Virus record (IMG/VR): IMGVR_UViG_3300045988_147128
Location: 1 to 64,000 of that record
Length of the DNA: 64,000 nt
Source of the DNA: a virus
Strand: one strand, 5' to 3'
Positions within the stretch are counted from its first letter, which is position 1, and the number at the start of each line of letters is the position of its first letter. Below, one piece after another: positions 29,137 to 40,379 of the stretch. The notes below the pieces were generated by a model, which had not been told where the DNA came from, searched no databases, and saw only the letters and a program-made list of their open reading frames with translations. A program made the translations under genes and the position numbers.

Positions 29137-29580
29137 TTAATTGTCGAACGTAACTGTCTCCGATGTTACCACATATTCACCTATACTTCCATGTGTTTCA
29201 GAATATAATTCAAGTTTTATATAAGCGGAATAGGTGGCATAGAAAGTGCCCTGACCCAACCTGGTTATAATAGGTCTGACTATTGATGTTAGGGTCAAAT
29301 TTTGAAAGGATGCAGGAGAAGGCTCTGGTTCGATATTAGTTTTAACAAGTCCACAACCCCATGATGTATCTGAGCCGGTTTCGTAGATCTTATCTACAGG
29401 ATCTCCTATTATCGTATCTGGGTACTCATGTTGCTCACTGGTGTAATTCATTACAATAGGATTATCATTGTTTACATTGTATTTTTTACCAGGAGCAGTA
29501 TATGATATTTCACGATATGTTACATATTTCTTTTTTTGTTCTCTCACTGTAAACTGGTCCGGCAAATAAAGACCTATCAA
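29137..29580 (-). CDS. hypothetical protein (TTG start per track; true start uncertain)
   Basis: ORF track. Confidence 0.45.
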   Translation of the reverse strand: MIGLYLPDQFTVREQKKKYVTYREISYTAPGKKYNVNNDNPIVMNYTSEQHEYPDTIIGDPVDKIYETGSDTSWGCGLVKTNIEPEPSPASFQNLTLTSIVRPIITRLGQGTFYATYSAYIKLELYSETHGSIGEYVVTSETVTFDN

Positions 29581-29798
29581 AAAACCTAAAGAAGGAGATT
29601 CTTCTCTACCTATAATAAGTTTAATGTCATCCTTCTCTACAAGCTCTTTCGTAGATTCTGTTTGTTCGCTGATAGTCTCTTTTGTATTAGATGGGACTCC
29701 TCCTTGGATACTTATAGAACTCAGACGTTGTTTTATAGAAAGAAAGGTAAATACACCACTTTGTGGAACGGTCCCAACTATTTCATCATCTATGATTA

Positions 29799-29809
29799 CC
29801 CCCCCCCCC
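29799..29809. repeat. homopolymeric C11 tract (G11 on minus strand) in intergenic region
   Basis: seen directly; unique long homopolymer in an AT-rich context. Confidence 0.9.
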
Positions 29810-29868
29810 TATACAGTTGCTAACTATTTGATATTCATATATTTTTAATGATGTTTCAAATCTTCTTC

Positions 29869-30330
29869 TCATATTCCTTTTAAGTAAGTATTAGGTGCAA
29901 CAAAATTACTTATTGTCTTTATTATATGTATAGTATCTATAAAATATTTATCAATATCCATAGAAAGCTGAGGACGAAGATCTGAATCGTTTGTCTTATC
30001 TGTTATATAGAAATAGTACAGAACATCCTCCAGATAAAATGTAAGATAAATATCCCCTGTGACATTTCCATTATTGAAATAGCAATTGATGCCGGAACCA
30101 GATGGAGTCATATGGCAATCTATACTCTGGATATCTCCCATAGTACACACGTAATTGGAACTGGCAATATCAACCGCATATTTTCCAACATTTATACCAC
30201 CACTTTCCCTCGATCTTGTGGTAAGTATATGAACGGCATTTTTCCAAGTGGAAAGAGGTGCAGATATACTAACGGCGAAAACGGGAATTATCGTCTGAAA
30301 TAAATCATATAACAAAAACCTTCTTCTCAT
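29869..30330 (-). CDS. secreted hypothetical protein (start at MRRRF, signal-peptide-like N-terminus)
   Basis: internal ATG of track ORF 29869..30420. Confidence 0.55.
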   Translation of the reverse strand: MRRRFLLYDLFQTIIPVFAVSISAPLSTWKNAVHILTTRSRESGGINVGKYAVDIASSNYVCTMGDIQSIDCHMTPSGSGINCYFNNGNVTGDIYLTFYLEDVLYYFYITDKTNDSDLRPQLSMDIDKYFIDTIHIIKTISNFVAPNTYLKGI

Positions 30331-30546
30331 TATTTTATTTTTTTGCAAGATAGCATTTTTTTTCATAACAAAAAAAACCAGTTCTCTATCATCCCTGACT
30401 GAGAACCGGTAAGAAAACAATTTCAGAAAAAATTAAACCTACATAACCTTTAAAGTAAGAACAAAAAACGTATAGTCTACTCTTTGACAATGCTAAGATA
30501 GCATATTAGAGCCATATTGTAGTAATATAAGCCCAATATTCTTCGT

Positions 30547-33500
30547 CTACTTGTAGCTCACATCATCGTCTCCTTCCGAATCAGGAGTGGCACCGATGAA
30601 GAACATCATTGACTTATTGTTCGTCTGCTGCCACCAGTTATAGGCGCGCGCTACGTCTTCCGGCGTCTTAATGTTATACCATTGTTTGATAAACGTCTGT
30701 TTAGCGAGTTGTCTAAATAACTTAGACTCACCTTTGTATGTACCAGATGTTACTTTATCAAGTGAGTAGTTCCTGAGATCTGTGAGATCCTTCAGTTTCC
30801 GTCCCATAACAAACGGGTCATTAATGATATCCACCACATTAAGCTCCATAATAAACGGCATCTGAGAAGCTATTTCATTTATGGTTCTAAATCCTACATA
30901 AGATCCGAATTGAGTAAGCCAGCTTTCCTCGTTTTCATCATCATCACGCCATCCGGCAAGAAGCATAGACACGACCTGCATGATGAGGAACGTGCCGGCA
31001 TAAACACTGAGGCGTTTAAGATTAGTCTTTTCCACCTCACCCATCTTATCTTTATTTTCGTTCCAGGCATCTATGATATTTTTCATACCAGGCTCGGAAG
31101 CTAAGCTAAATGTTTTAGCTATCATATTCTTTAACGTAATTGACAGCCCTTCCTCTTCTTGCATTGTCTGGAAATTGAATCCCCTTCTTTTCCACAGACG
31201 TTGAGCCGCCAGCACCAGCCATCCTCGGTGGGCAGTCATGAACCTGGCTATCCAGTTGCGGGATGCGGCGGTCCGGTTTTCTTCATTCAAAGATCCGTTA
31301 CATATCTGAGACAGGCTACGAACCTGATTTCGGGTTATAGCCATCTGAGTTTCAACCTCCTCAACAGTAACACCCGATCCTGGTTTCACAACCACCTTGC
31401 CGTCTACGACATCTACCATACTCCATAAAGTACGATCTTTTAATGCATCCCATTCTCTTTTTATGGTGCTCTGTTCTTTACCACGTTCTTTTTCCATCTT
31501 GAAATCCTGGAACGTGTAGAACCGACCTTTGTAATAACGAACGTTATCCATAGTAGCGATCATAACCTGCGGATCAAGAGGGTAGTTCATGATTTCCATA
31601 AAAGCATACATCGGTGAACGCATTAAGGTCCGGGCCACCCTATTATATCCGGCACCATACATACGATTTCGGATATTGAATATCCCCATTCTCTCACCTA
31701 TGACATATAATTTGCTTTTTCTATCTATGTCTCCGGTTTCTGCTATACAAGATGGCGCAAGACGTGAAAACTCAGCCGATGCATATTTAAGGGAATCTTT
31801 GCTTATATATTGTCCTACGGCAGATTCCATGATGAGGTTAATATGACCTGTCAGAGCGCCGGTAGCTGCCACAAACGGGGACAGCGCTAAGTTCATGACC
31901 GACATAAACCTTTCAACGGCCATCATAATTCTTGTAAGATCTATCGTGTATCCACCGATGTTAACCGTAAGTTTCTTGGTGTTCATCCTAATGCCATAAT
32001 AATGGTCATTAAAGAAGTCTCTAAACATCTGGTATGCTTGAGTTGCCTCAGCTTTCTTACCGCCTTCAAATTGCTTATTCAGTAACATCTGCTCCAGTCC
32101 TTGGGCAAGCTCTATAGACTTCTGCTTTTCGTTGTATAACGATGATTGCATCATAAGCATCGAATAAGAATAACCAAAATCATGAGATACGTCATCTTGG
32201 TTCTCTAATTCATATATGTAGTATTTAGGTATAGACCTAATCCTATCTTCTGGATCATATACTTCCCCTTGTCTGGTTTTACCGTATAGAGAATCGTCTA
32301 CTCTGTCCAGACAGAGATCTGATACAAAATTACGAACCGTATTTTTGAAGTTGATACCCAATCCCTCCATACGTTCTATATCTTGTTTGGATATCTGTGG
32401 AATAGCATACAAATTGGGGCTCTGCTCTTTGTATAAGGAAAGGGATTGTCTTTTTATTTCCTTAAGTTTTTGAATCATATTCCATTGCTCTACGTTTTTA
32501 GTAGCAATCTCATTACCATCAGCATCATACTTAATGCCGAAGTCATTGAAATACGATTCATCACGATACAGGCTCTTCTTGGGCATACGATAACCATACC
32601 CATGATCTTTTACATAATCTGGGTTACGACCGCTATTTTCAGCTTCAGATTCAGCCACCCACGCTCTTGCAGGGTCGAAAGACAGGTACGATATATTCAT
32701 ACCATAATCTTGTGTGGATGTCCCGTTCTGTACGTCTTTAACCATCTGTGCCACGTCTATCTCACCTCGACCTATTTTACCAAGCATAGCCGCATATCCG
32801 GTAGGAGCCATGCGTTTGTAATATGAAAAGACTTGACTTCTGGCAAATTCATTAACAATAGCATTAGCCTCTTCTATACCTGATTCTCTTGTGTTATTTA
32901 AAAACAAGCTGGCCATCTTAGTATTGACAGCATTCCTAAAATCTCTACCGTCTAATTCTTTGCTTATTCCAAGCTTTTCTGACAAGTAGTTGGTTTCAGA
33001 TACAGTAAACAAATATCGGTTATCAGCAGCCTTAAATAGTTTATCCCTTAAGGCTTGAATCCTTTTTGCTTTCTTTGCCGTAGTATGACGTTGCACAAAC
33101 TTCCATTCCACTTCCTTGGAGTCAGCAAGAGCATTTAAATAAGATTGATTGACTTCGTTTTCAGCCTTACTGCTTTTAGTAAGGTATTTATCAATATCTT
33201 CAAGACCCACCATCTTAGCATAATCTATTAAAATAGCGTAGTCGGTTTCAATAGCTTCAGATGCAGCCCTAAAAGCATCTCTTTCAGATGAGGTAAATGT
33301 CGCTTCATTGATTTCTCCGATGTCAGCCACATCGCGGTTATTCCCAATTATTTCCTTGATGATAGCCCTGTTTTTTTCTATATCTTTCACAATAGCTTCT
33401 ACGTCTGTCGCATCTCTATCACTTGTCGTAGAATTAATGATATCATGCGCCATTTTAAGATACGAAGCCTTGTTGTTTGATTCGGTGCGTGCCGACTGAT

Positions 33501-36500
33501 CTGACTCTATATCATTCCAAAACTGATCATTAAAAGCCAGGTGTCCTCCTAACATAAGCGTTCTCAGTGCAGCCTCCCCTCCAGACTCACGCTGAATCGT
33601 TCTCAATCTTTCCAAAAATGATTCTGATACGGCATTAGTAACATTATTTGATTCTTTTCTCCATACTTCATTTATAGCTTGTATTTCTTTAGCCATCTTG
33701 AGTTGATCACCGGTTTTATCGACTCTTCTGGTTCCTACATATATGTATTCTGAAGCTGCTTCCTTACGTTGTTTACGAAGCAGTCCTTCTTCTTCATAAT
33801 TACTGCTCTTGAAGTAAGCAACTTCATCAAAATTACCATTGCTATCAATAAAAGGTTGCCTCAATATCCGTTTTTGCCGGGAAAGAGCATTAAGATATTC
33901 TTTAGTTGTTTGAGAAACCGGATACCCCAATTCTTCTTCAGCCTTTTTGTATATGGATTCCATTCTTGTGGCATAACTTTCACTAAATTCCAGTTCTGAA
34001 TTTTCAGCATCCCACTTCTCCATCTGTTCTGTATAAATCCTTTCCTGCTCGATGGTAAAGATGTCGGTATTAACCCTATCAGAAGAAGGTTTGAATTTAG
34101 CGTTCTCAGTAACCGTATTTCCGTCCTTGTCAACTACTTCTCTTTTAAACACATAATTACGGTTATTGTCAACCACATCATTGATTTCTTCTTCTGATAT
34201 CTCTATGTTCATGGCAGTTGCAAACGCTCGCATCTGCGCCAGCTTCTTATTACGATCGTATTTAGCCATATCAAGAGCACTACGAAGATAATTAGAAGTC
34301 TTGCCGTCTACTTTCTGAAGCAGTTTTTCAAATTCAGATTTATTGAAACCATGTTTTTTCGCATATGCCAGGAAGTCGGATATGGCTGGCTGGGCATTCA
34401 CCATCGCATTATAATTGTCTTTGGCAATCATAGCTCCAAGAGCGTTATTAAACGGGCTGGAAGAATGTTCTAATATACCAAACCACCTACTTATCCAGGA
34501 CACATCGTGTTGGACTTTATCAAAGAACTCTTTTACTTTCTTTACCTTATCTGCCGGCACATGAAGTTCGTTCATTAACTTGTCAAGCAACGTACTTTCA
34601 TCAAGATCTTGTACTGATTTAATATCAGACTGAATACCATTGATGTCGGCAATGACGGTATTGATCCTATTTGTATAATCTTGCTTTTCACGTTCGTCAA
34701 ATTCGGTACTTCTGTTACGGATATATCCTCGAAGATCGTTCATGATCGGAAGAACCTGATTGTTGATAATATCTACGTTCTTTCGATCATTGGTATTGAA
34801 ATGAAGTTTACCGTCTTTGGTATCACCATGAAGGATAGTATTTACTACATTGCTTAAGTATCTGACCTGAGCTTCGGCTGTGGAGATCATGCTATTCATG
34901 GCAGCCGCCATCTCATTTTTGTCTATTTCGGTCTCTACCTTATTTATCTTATCTTCTATGGTCTTAAGTTGAGCAAGGGTCATAGATGTAGTTACAGCCC
35001 TATCAGAGCTTATCTGACGTAAGTCTCTCAATGTTTTTCTCAATGCCCGGATCTTAGACTCAAGAAACTTGTTCTTGTTCATAGAGGAAAGAGAGTATAA
35101 TGTAAAATCATTATCCTTTAAAAGAGAAGTATCAAATCCTTTATCTATGTCGGTAATAGCAAGATCACGAATGTTTTTAATAACGTTATTCAAATCTTGT
35201 CTTTGGGTAGATAAAGCTGATTTAAGCCAGTTTACGATTCCAGAGAGAAGCTGCCGGACGCGTCCCAGGAAGGAGGTGGGCTCTATGGGCGCCGTTCTGT
35301 CCTGCATCTCCCTGGCAAGGATCTTTCCAAGAATTTCTTTCCTAACTACATTGTCAAGTTCAGTTCCTTCATATACCTTACCGTATGTATTATAATACTG
35401 ATTTGCATACTGATTCCATTCTTCAGTGCCTTCTACGTCTTGCAAAACAGATTCAACAGCATTCTGATCTCTGTACGCCTCTACAAGGAAGTGGGCTGTT
35501 TCTTCTACTAAGTCAGACAAAGTAGCATCTTCACCGACTGCTATTACGTTATTGGCAATATCCGCCAATGCTTTAGCAGAAGGTTCGTGTCCGTATTTAG
35601 TTTGGTACTTCTCTATATAATCGGTCATGCCAACGACACTAACGCCCAGCGTTTTCAGTATCTCAACAATAGAATTTCGTTGATTACGTTCCTCTTGGCT
35701 ATAATCCGATACTATCTTAGCTTTAGTATCAGCATAAAGATCATTGTCTTCTAATATAAATGAAACTACAAGCGCATCAAAGTGATCGTATTTAGCATCC
35801 AATTCATTGTATCTTCCAGACTTAAGATCGCTCTTTATCTGCTCCTTGCTAACTCTTTCTGTTCCTCCGGTGGCGAGTCTCATAGTCACCTTACTATTAT
35901 CCAATGAATTTATGGTTATCATGCCTTGATCATTCATGGAAACATCAGAACTGAAATGATTACGAAGTTCGGTATAAGCTAAGGCTGAATTGAAAAGTCT
36001 AATTTGTCCTGCATGTCCTTCTCCTGTAAGATAATAGCTTCTTGTTTCCGGATTGAATATCTTGGATCCTGACAAAAGACCTTTCTTTATAAGGTAGTTT
36101 ATTATCCCACCTTTTGTTGATAAAGAAGTGGAAGCAGAGGCAGTCATGACAGGTATAAAAGATTTGGGGTTGTTAAGGACATACTTTCCAGCCTTGTAAG
36201 TAATGTCTGCCACGCCATCCCAGGCAGATTCTTGAACGGTGCCAGATAAGAACCCTATTCTGATATCATTCCCGCCAGAGCGAAGAGCTTCTCCATAATC
36301 TTCAAATAATTGATTACGATCGTTCATAAAAAACAAACGAGGTTCTCCAGTCTGATACGTTACACCCACAGGATTAGAATCTGTTTCTGGTAGCTCTTCT
36401 GGGCTAAATATCTTAAGACCGTCTTTTATAACCATATAATTAACACCATTATCCTGTACCATAGATACGGGAGTAAAGTCCGAAGATATAGCATCTTGTA

Positions 36501-36963
36501 GATACTGCCCGGAGTCTATTCCTGGTCCTTCCGGTACTGAGATCCTTGACGGAACCATAGCATCCACCAACATAATATTATCACCCAGATCTTGGCTGTA
36601 GAATCCAAAGCCTGATTCTTGAATCCCATAAGGTGCATCTGATTTCGACACAAGAATAGGGTTGCTCATCTTAGAAGCCTTATCCAGCACCCTTTCCCTG
36701 TAGGCTTCTGGAATAAGACCGATGTTGGATTTTACTTTATTGTAAGCCTGTTTATTAACAGGTACATTTCTTCTCCAGTCACCAAAAGCCTTTAAGAACT
36801 TATTAGAAAATACGGTTTTAAAAACAGTAGTAGCCCGTTCCCTATTTTCCATAAGAGGAATAGATGCTATTTTATCAAACAACATAGACCTGTCCCCTGA
36901 TCTGGTAGAGACAGAAACAACTTTCTTTTTATTATCTCTTTTAATAATACACGTTGATACCAT
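30547..36963 (-). CDS. giant (2138 aa) virion-associated or injected protein of unknown function
   Basis: uninterrupted 6.4-kb ORF; sits in minus-strand structural block; no RNAP DxDGD motif seen. Confidence 0.8.
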   Translation of the reverse strand: MVSTCIIKRDNKKKVVSVSTRSGDRSMLFDKIASIPLMENRERATTVFKTVFSNKFLKAFGDWRRNVPVNKQAYNKVKSNIGLIPEAYRERVLDKASKMSNPILVSKSDAPYGIQESGFGFYSQDLGDNIMLVDAMVPSRISVPEGPGIDSGQYLQDAISSDFTPVSMVQDNGVNYMVIKDGLKIFSPEELPETDSNPVGVTYQTGEPRLFFMNDRNQLFEDYGEALRSGGNDIRIGFLSGTVQESAWDGVADITYKAGKYVLNNPKSFIPVMTASASTSLSTKGGIINYLIKKGLLSGSKIFNPETRSYYLTGEGHAGQIRLFNSALAYTELRNHFSSDVSMNDQGMITINSLDNSKVTMRLATGGTERVSKEQIKSDLKSGRYNELDAKYDHFDALVVSFILEDNDLYADTKAKIVSDYSQEERNQRNSIVEILKTLGVSVVGMTDYIEKYQTKYGHEPSAKALADIANNVIAVGEDATLSDLVEETAHFLVEAYRDQNAVESVLQDVEGTEEWNQYANQYYNTYGKVYEGTELDNVVRKEILGKILAREMQDRTAPIEPTSFLGRVRQLLSGIVNWLKSALSTQRQDLNNVIKNIRDLAITDIDKGFDTSLLKDNDFTLYSLSSMNKNKFLESKIRALRKTLRDLRQISSDRAVTTSMTLAQLKTIEDKINKVETEIDKNEMAAAMNSMISTAEAQVRYLSNVVNTILHGDTKDGKLHFNTNDRKNVDIINNQVLPIMNDLRGYIRNRSTEFDEREKQDYTNRINTVIADINGIQSDIKSVQDLDESTLLDKLMNELHVPADKVKKVKEFFDKVQHDVSWISRWFGILEHSSSPFNNALGAMIAKDNYNAMVNAQPAISDFLAYAKKHGFNKSEFEKLLQKVDGKTSNYLRSALDMAKYDRNKKLAQMRAFATAMNIEISEEEINDVVDNNRNYVFKREVVDKDGNTVTENAKFKPSSDRVNTDIFTIEQERIYTEQMEKWDAENSELEFSESYATRMESIYKKAEEELGYPVSQTTKEYLNALSRQKRILRQPFIDSNGNFDEVAYFKSSNYEEEGLLRKQRKEAASEYIYVGTRRVDKTGDQLKMAKEIQAINEVWRKESNNVTNAVSESFLERLRTIQRESGGEAALRTLMLGGHLAFNDQFWNDIESDQSARTESNNKASYLKMAHDIINSTTSDRDATDVEAIVKDIEKNRAIIKEIIGNNRDVADIGEINEATFTSSERDAFRAASEAIETDYAILIDYAKMVGLEDIDKYLTKSSKAENEVNQSYLNALADSKEVEWKFVQRHTTAKKAKRIQALRDKLFKAADNRYLFTVSETNYLSEKLGISKELDGRDFRNAVNTKMASLFLNNTRESGIEEANAIVNEFARSQVFSYYKRMAPTGYAAMLGKIGRGEIDVAQMVKDVQNGTSTQDYGMNISYLSFDPARAWVAESEAENSGRNPDYVKDHGYGYRMPKKSLYRDESYFNDFGIKYDADGNEIATKNVEQWNMIQKLKEIKRQSLSLYKEQSPNLYAIPQISKQDIERMEGLGINFKNTVRNFVSDLCLDRVDDSLYGKTRQGEVYDPEDRIRSIPKYYIYELENQDDVSHDFGYSYSMLMMQSSLYNEKQKSIELAQGLEQMLLNKQFEGGKKAEATQAYQMFRDFFNDHYYGIRMNTKKLTVNIGGYTIDLTRIMMAVERFMSVMNLALSPFVAATGALTGHINLIMESAVGQYISKDSLKYASAEFSRLAPSCIAETGDIDRKSKLYVIGERMGIFNIRNRMYGAGYNRVARTLMRSPMYAFMEIMNYPLDPQVMIATMDNVRYYKGRFYTFQDFKMEKERGKEQSTIKREWDALKDRTLWSMVDVVDGKVVVKPGSGVTVEEVETQMAITRNQVRSLSQICNGSLNEENRTAASRNWIARFMTAHRGWLVLAAQRLWKRRGFNFQTMQEEEGLSITLKNMIAKTFSLASEPGMKNIIDAWNENKDKMGEVEKTNLKRLSVYAGTFLIMQVVSMLLAGWRDDDENEESWLTQFGSYVGFRTINEIASQMPFIMELNVVDIINDPFVMGRKLKDLTDLRNYSLDKVTSGTYKGESKLFRQLAKQTFIKQWYNIKTPEDVARAYNWWQQTNNKSMMFFIGATPDSEGDDDVSYK

Positions 36964-37104
36964 GATAAAACATTTTTGTTATGAGACAAAGGTAGCCAAA
37001 AATCAAGCATATCATAAAAAATTAAGCCATCTAACTTCTTAGTCTGATGGCTTAAAAATAATATGAAAAAAAATTATAATCTGACGCAAATCGTCAAGTT
37101 ACGC

Positions 37105-37428
37105 TTATGCATTGTATTTGTACCCATTTCTATGAATAAACCTTCCCGATTCGAACCTTTCCACATCATCCGGTCCAATAGGTCCGCAGTCTTCCCTCCT
37201 TGCCTCATACCACAGCCCAGGCTTACGAAGTCGGCAAGTTATGATATAATTGAAGCAATTGTGCGTAAAATGAAAAACAGATCCTACAGGGAAATACCTA
37301 TCAGCTTGAAATACGATTCTTTTTCGTTTAGTATCAAACGTGATATCCCCTACTATCTTAGCCACGTAATAGCTTCTGCCATTTAACGTTTCATCTGTTT
37401 GTGGTATCCAATAATAACCTTTTGTCAT
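37105..37428 (-). CDS. hypothetical protein
   Basis: ORF track. Confidence 0.4.
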   Translation of the reverse strand: MTKGYYWIPQTDETLNGRSYYVAKIVGDITFDTKRKRIVFQADRYFPVGSVFHFTHNCFNYIITCRLRKPGLWYEARREDCGPIGPDDVERFESGRFIHRNGYKYNA

Positions 37429-37457
37429 AGCGCAAATATATAAAAAAGTCGGATAAC

Positions 37458-37778
37458 TTACGTACCCGACTTCATTATTTGTTTAAATAGACCAGTTCCG
37501 TCTATTATAATATGACCGTTTCTCATGCGGTCATTATTTGGGTTATAGAGAAAGTTAAGACCATCCACTTTCTCTTGTTTTTCAAAAGAGTTGATATCCT
37601 TTCCTCTACTTGCCCTATCAAAAGCCTTCTTAAACAATTTGCCTCTGAAAGTCATAATAATCTTTCTGGTAGCGCTATTCCCGGCTCTTACCATTACTTT
37701 CCTTGCCTGGTCTTCCGAGACAAAACTGCTTCGAAAAATATACGATGCTGCTGCTTGTATGTCCTGCTTGGTGATCAT
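37458..37778 (-). CDS. hypothetical basic protein
   Basis: ORF track. Confidence 0.4.
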   Translation of the reverse strand: MITKQDIQAAASYIFRSSFVSEDQARKVMVRAGNSATRKIIMTFRGKLFKKAFDRASRGKDINSFEKQEKVDGLNFLYNPNNDRMRNGHIIIDGTGLFKQIMKSGT

Positions 37779-37853
37779 ATGATAAACATTTCTTTCAAGA
37801 TACTGATATTTATTGCGTATATCAGTTTTATTTCATCTTTATTATATACGTCA

Positions 37854-37878
37854 AAAAAGGATTTACTTAAGTCCTTTG
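37854..37878 (-). terminator. hairpin AAGGA-cttaagtaaa-TCCTT followed by T5 on minus strand, downstream of tnpB fragment
   Basis: seen directly. Confidence 0.5.
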
Positions 37879-37929
37879 AATCTGCGCTCAATTAAATTAT
37901 GCAATTACCAGTTTGACATACTCCCATCG

Positions 37930-38460
37930 CTAAAGCGAATGGGATTCTTGGATACAAACGCAAGAAACCCCGATATTGCTATCGCTGGAATTACTCTTAC
38001 TCTCCAATTCGGAAATGCCCTTCCGAAGTATATTACGGGCTGCAAGAATATCACGGTCGTTAATCGCTCCGCACGCTGGGCATACCCACGTGCGGTCGCG
38101 TAACGACAGACCTTTATTAATGCAGCCACATTCACAAGTTTTGGAAGAAGGATACCATTTGTCAATCTTGTGTACAGTTACTCCATATTTTGAAGCAACA
38201 TACGTAAGTTTGTTAATAAAAGAAGAATGACTGAGATCAGAAACTTTCTTTCCCCACAAACGTTTCATTCCTTCAATGTTTAGATCTTCAATAAAAATAT
38301 AATCATACTGTTTGCATAACTGGTGTGCTAATCCCCATTGAAAATCTGATCGAAGATTGTTTATTTTACGATACGTTTGTTGAAGTTCAAACAGTCTCCT
38401 TCTTCTATTGTTGGATCCTTTCTTTGTATTAGAAAACCGTTTGTTTAGTTTTCGAAACAC
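37930..38460 (-). pseudogene. tnpB: TnpB C-terminal fragment (RuvC-II IFIEDLNI, zinc finger CECGC...CPACG, RuvC-III NDRDILAARNI); N-terminal half with RuvC-I absent
   Basis: classic TnpB C-terminal motifs; no upstream in-frame extension. Confidence 0.7.
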
Positions 38461-38619
38461 ATGCCATAATTATACTTTTTTAATTCAATTATCAATTTGT
38501 GAATGCTACATTTGCAGCTGGGATAGGCAGAGGTCGCGTCTTTGCTGATAAGGGTTTCTCTAAGTTCTCCCTTCCCATTCTCTTTAAAAACTTAGTCCAC
38601 ATTTTAAAAATTAGAGAAA

Positions 38620-39357
38620 ATGACGAACGAAGAATTTATCAAGAACGTCTCCCTTGAGGGAGAGGAATGGAGAGATGTAGTCGGATTTGAGGGACTTTAT
38701 ATGGTATCCTCCTTTGGGAGAGTAATTTCCCTTGGAAGAAAAATAGTCAACAACCTTGGCGTTAGAATTACAGATCCATTTATTAAAAAGACCAACAACA
38801 TAACCAATTCTGGCTATATTCAAATTCGATTATGGAAAAATAATAAATGCAATCATCTATATGCACACAGATTAGTGGCGACAGCTTTCATCCCAAACCC
38901 CAATAATTATCCATGTATAGATCATATAGATACGATTAAAACAAATAATCATTACCTTAATCTAAGATGGTGCACTAATTCTATGAATCACCTCAACCCT
39001 ATTACAAGAAAAAGAAATTCTTTATCAAAAATAGGTGCTAGAGGGATAATAGAAAATAAAAGCAAACCAGTTGTTAGGATAGATCCCCAAAACCCAAATT
39101 GTATAAAAATATATGAATCTCCAATGTTTGCCAAGAAATCAGAGGGATATAACCAAGGTCATATATCTGCTGTTTGTCTTGGCAAAAGGAATCATCATAA
39201 AGGATACGTATGGGTTTATTTATCCGATTACGAACCACATACCAGTATTTCAAAGATCGAATTATCTTATAATAAAAATATTACAGACGATTTTTTGGAA
39301 TCAATAATGCAACATCCTTTACTAAAAGATCTTCTACCTAATAACGCCAACCCTTAG
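38620..39357 (+). CDS. HNH homing endonuclease (NUMOD4 + HNH_3 type)
   Basis: WRDVVGFEGLYMVSSFGRV (NUMOD4); HRLVATAFIPNP...IDHID...NNHYLNLRW (HNH_3). Confidence 0.8.
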   Translation: MTNEEFIKNVSLEGEEWRDVVGFEGLYMVSSFGRVISLGRKIVNNLGVRITDPFIKKTNNITNSGYIQIRLWKNNKCNHLYAHRLVATAFIPNPNNYPCIDHIDTIKTNNHYLNLRWCTNSMNHLNPITRKRNSLSKIGARGIIENKSKPVVRIDPQNPNCIKIYESPMFAKKSEGYNQGHISAVCLGKRNHHKGYVWVYLSDYEPHTSISKIELSYNKNITDDFLESIMQHPLLKDLLPNNANP

Positions 39358-40379
39358 ATTGCGGCATTATTGTTGCAGCAACCGTTGTTGCATCCGCAAC
39401 TGTTGTTGCAACATCCTCCATTATACCCATTAAATCCATAAGGATATCCGCCATAGCCGTTTCCAGCAAATGGATTACATGTTAAAAATGCAGGCACCGG
39501 GCAAGGACGAATCTGGTTAACGATGTTTTGAGTTTGAGCTTGCTGAGCGGCAAACAGCTCCAATGTCTGTTTTTGCTCACGCAACGAATCAATCGTATGC
39601 TGCATTTCCCTCTTCTCAAGATCACAGAAAGCATTCTGAATTTGCTGAGATTGAGCATCGATTTTAGCGCTCAAGATATTGAACTGCGTAGTAGCTTGTT
39701 CACGATTGTTAGCCAGACCTTGGTTGAGACCGTTCTGCAAGATATTGGTTTGTTCCAACGTGCGAAGCTGGTTATCAAAACCTTGCTGAGTAATCATTCC
39801 CTGAGTCTGGCAAGTGCTTTGATTGATCAACGAACTCAGATTGCAGCAGCAAGAGCTGATTTGATTTCCGATTTCACAACCTTGTTGTTGAACTGCATTA
39901 ATAACAGCCTGAGAAGTCATACCTACCTGACCGGCTACTTTATCAATAGCACCTTGTACGTTGCAGATAGCGTTCTGAAGTTGAGTAGTAGAACAGTTCA
40001 ATGCAGAAGCGATCTGATCTATGGCGCTACGATTACCCTGAATTGCCTGCATCAGAAGCTCACGACCATAATCGTTATTCAACTGAGCGGGTAAACCATT
40101 GGCGCAACAATCACCACCATTTCCAAAACCGTTACCGAAGCCACGTCCACCCCACAGCCAGAACAAGACAATTATCCAGAGCCACCAACCGTTAGCCCCA
40201 CCGAAACCGTCCTGGTTATTACGACCGTTCATTAAAGCCGCTACCAGATTCGGATCCATTTTATTACCACCTATCAAATTAGCAAACATGCCGGGAATCA
40301 TTGAAAGAAGACCGTTAGCGGCTGCACCACCACCGTTAGCCCCAGCTCCATCTAAAAGGACGATTTTATCACCACCCAT
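39354..40379 (-). CDS. Gly/Gln/Asn/Cys-rich low-complexity protein with one Trp-rich TM segment; locally GC-richer
   Basis: GNGFGNGG, NGCCNNN repeats; WWLWIIVLFWLW hydrophobic stretch. Confidence 0.5.
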   Translation of the reverse strand: MGGDKIVLLDGAGANGGGAAANGLLSMIPGMFANLIGGNKMDPNLVAALMNGRNNQDGFGGANGWWLWIIVLFWLWGGRGFGNGFGNGGDCCANGLPAQLNNDYGRELLMQAIQGNRSAIDQIASALNCSTTQLQNAICNVQGAIDKVAGQVGMTSQAVINAVQQQGCEIGNQISSCCCNLSSLINQSTCQTQGMITQQGFDNQLRTLEQTNILQNGLNQGLANNREQATTQFNILSAKIDAQSQQIQNAFCDLEKREMQHTIDSLREQKQTLELFAAQQAQTQNIVNQIRPCPVPAFLTCNPFAGNGYGGYPYGFNGYNGGCCNNSCGCNNGCCNNNAAI

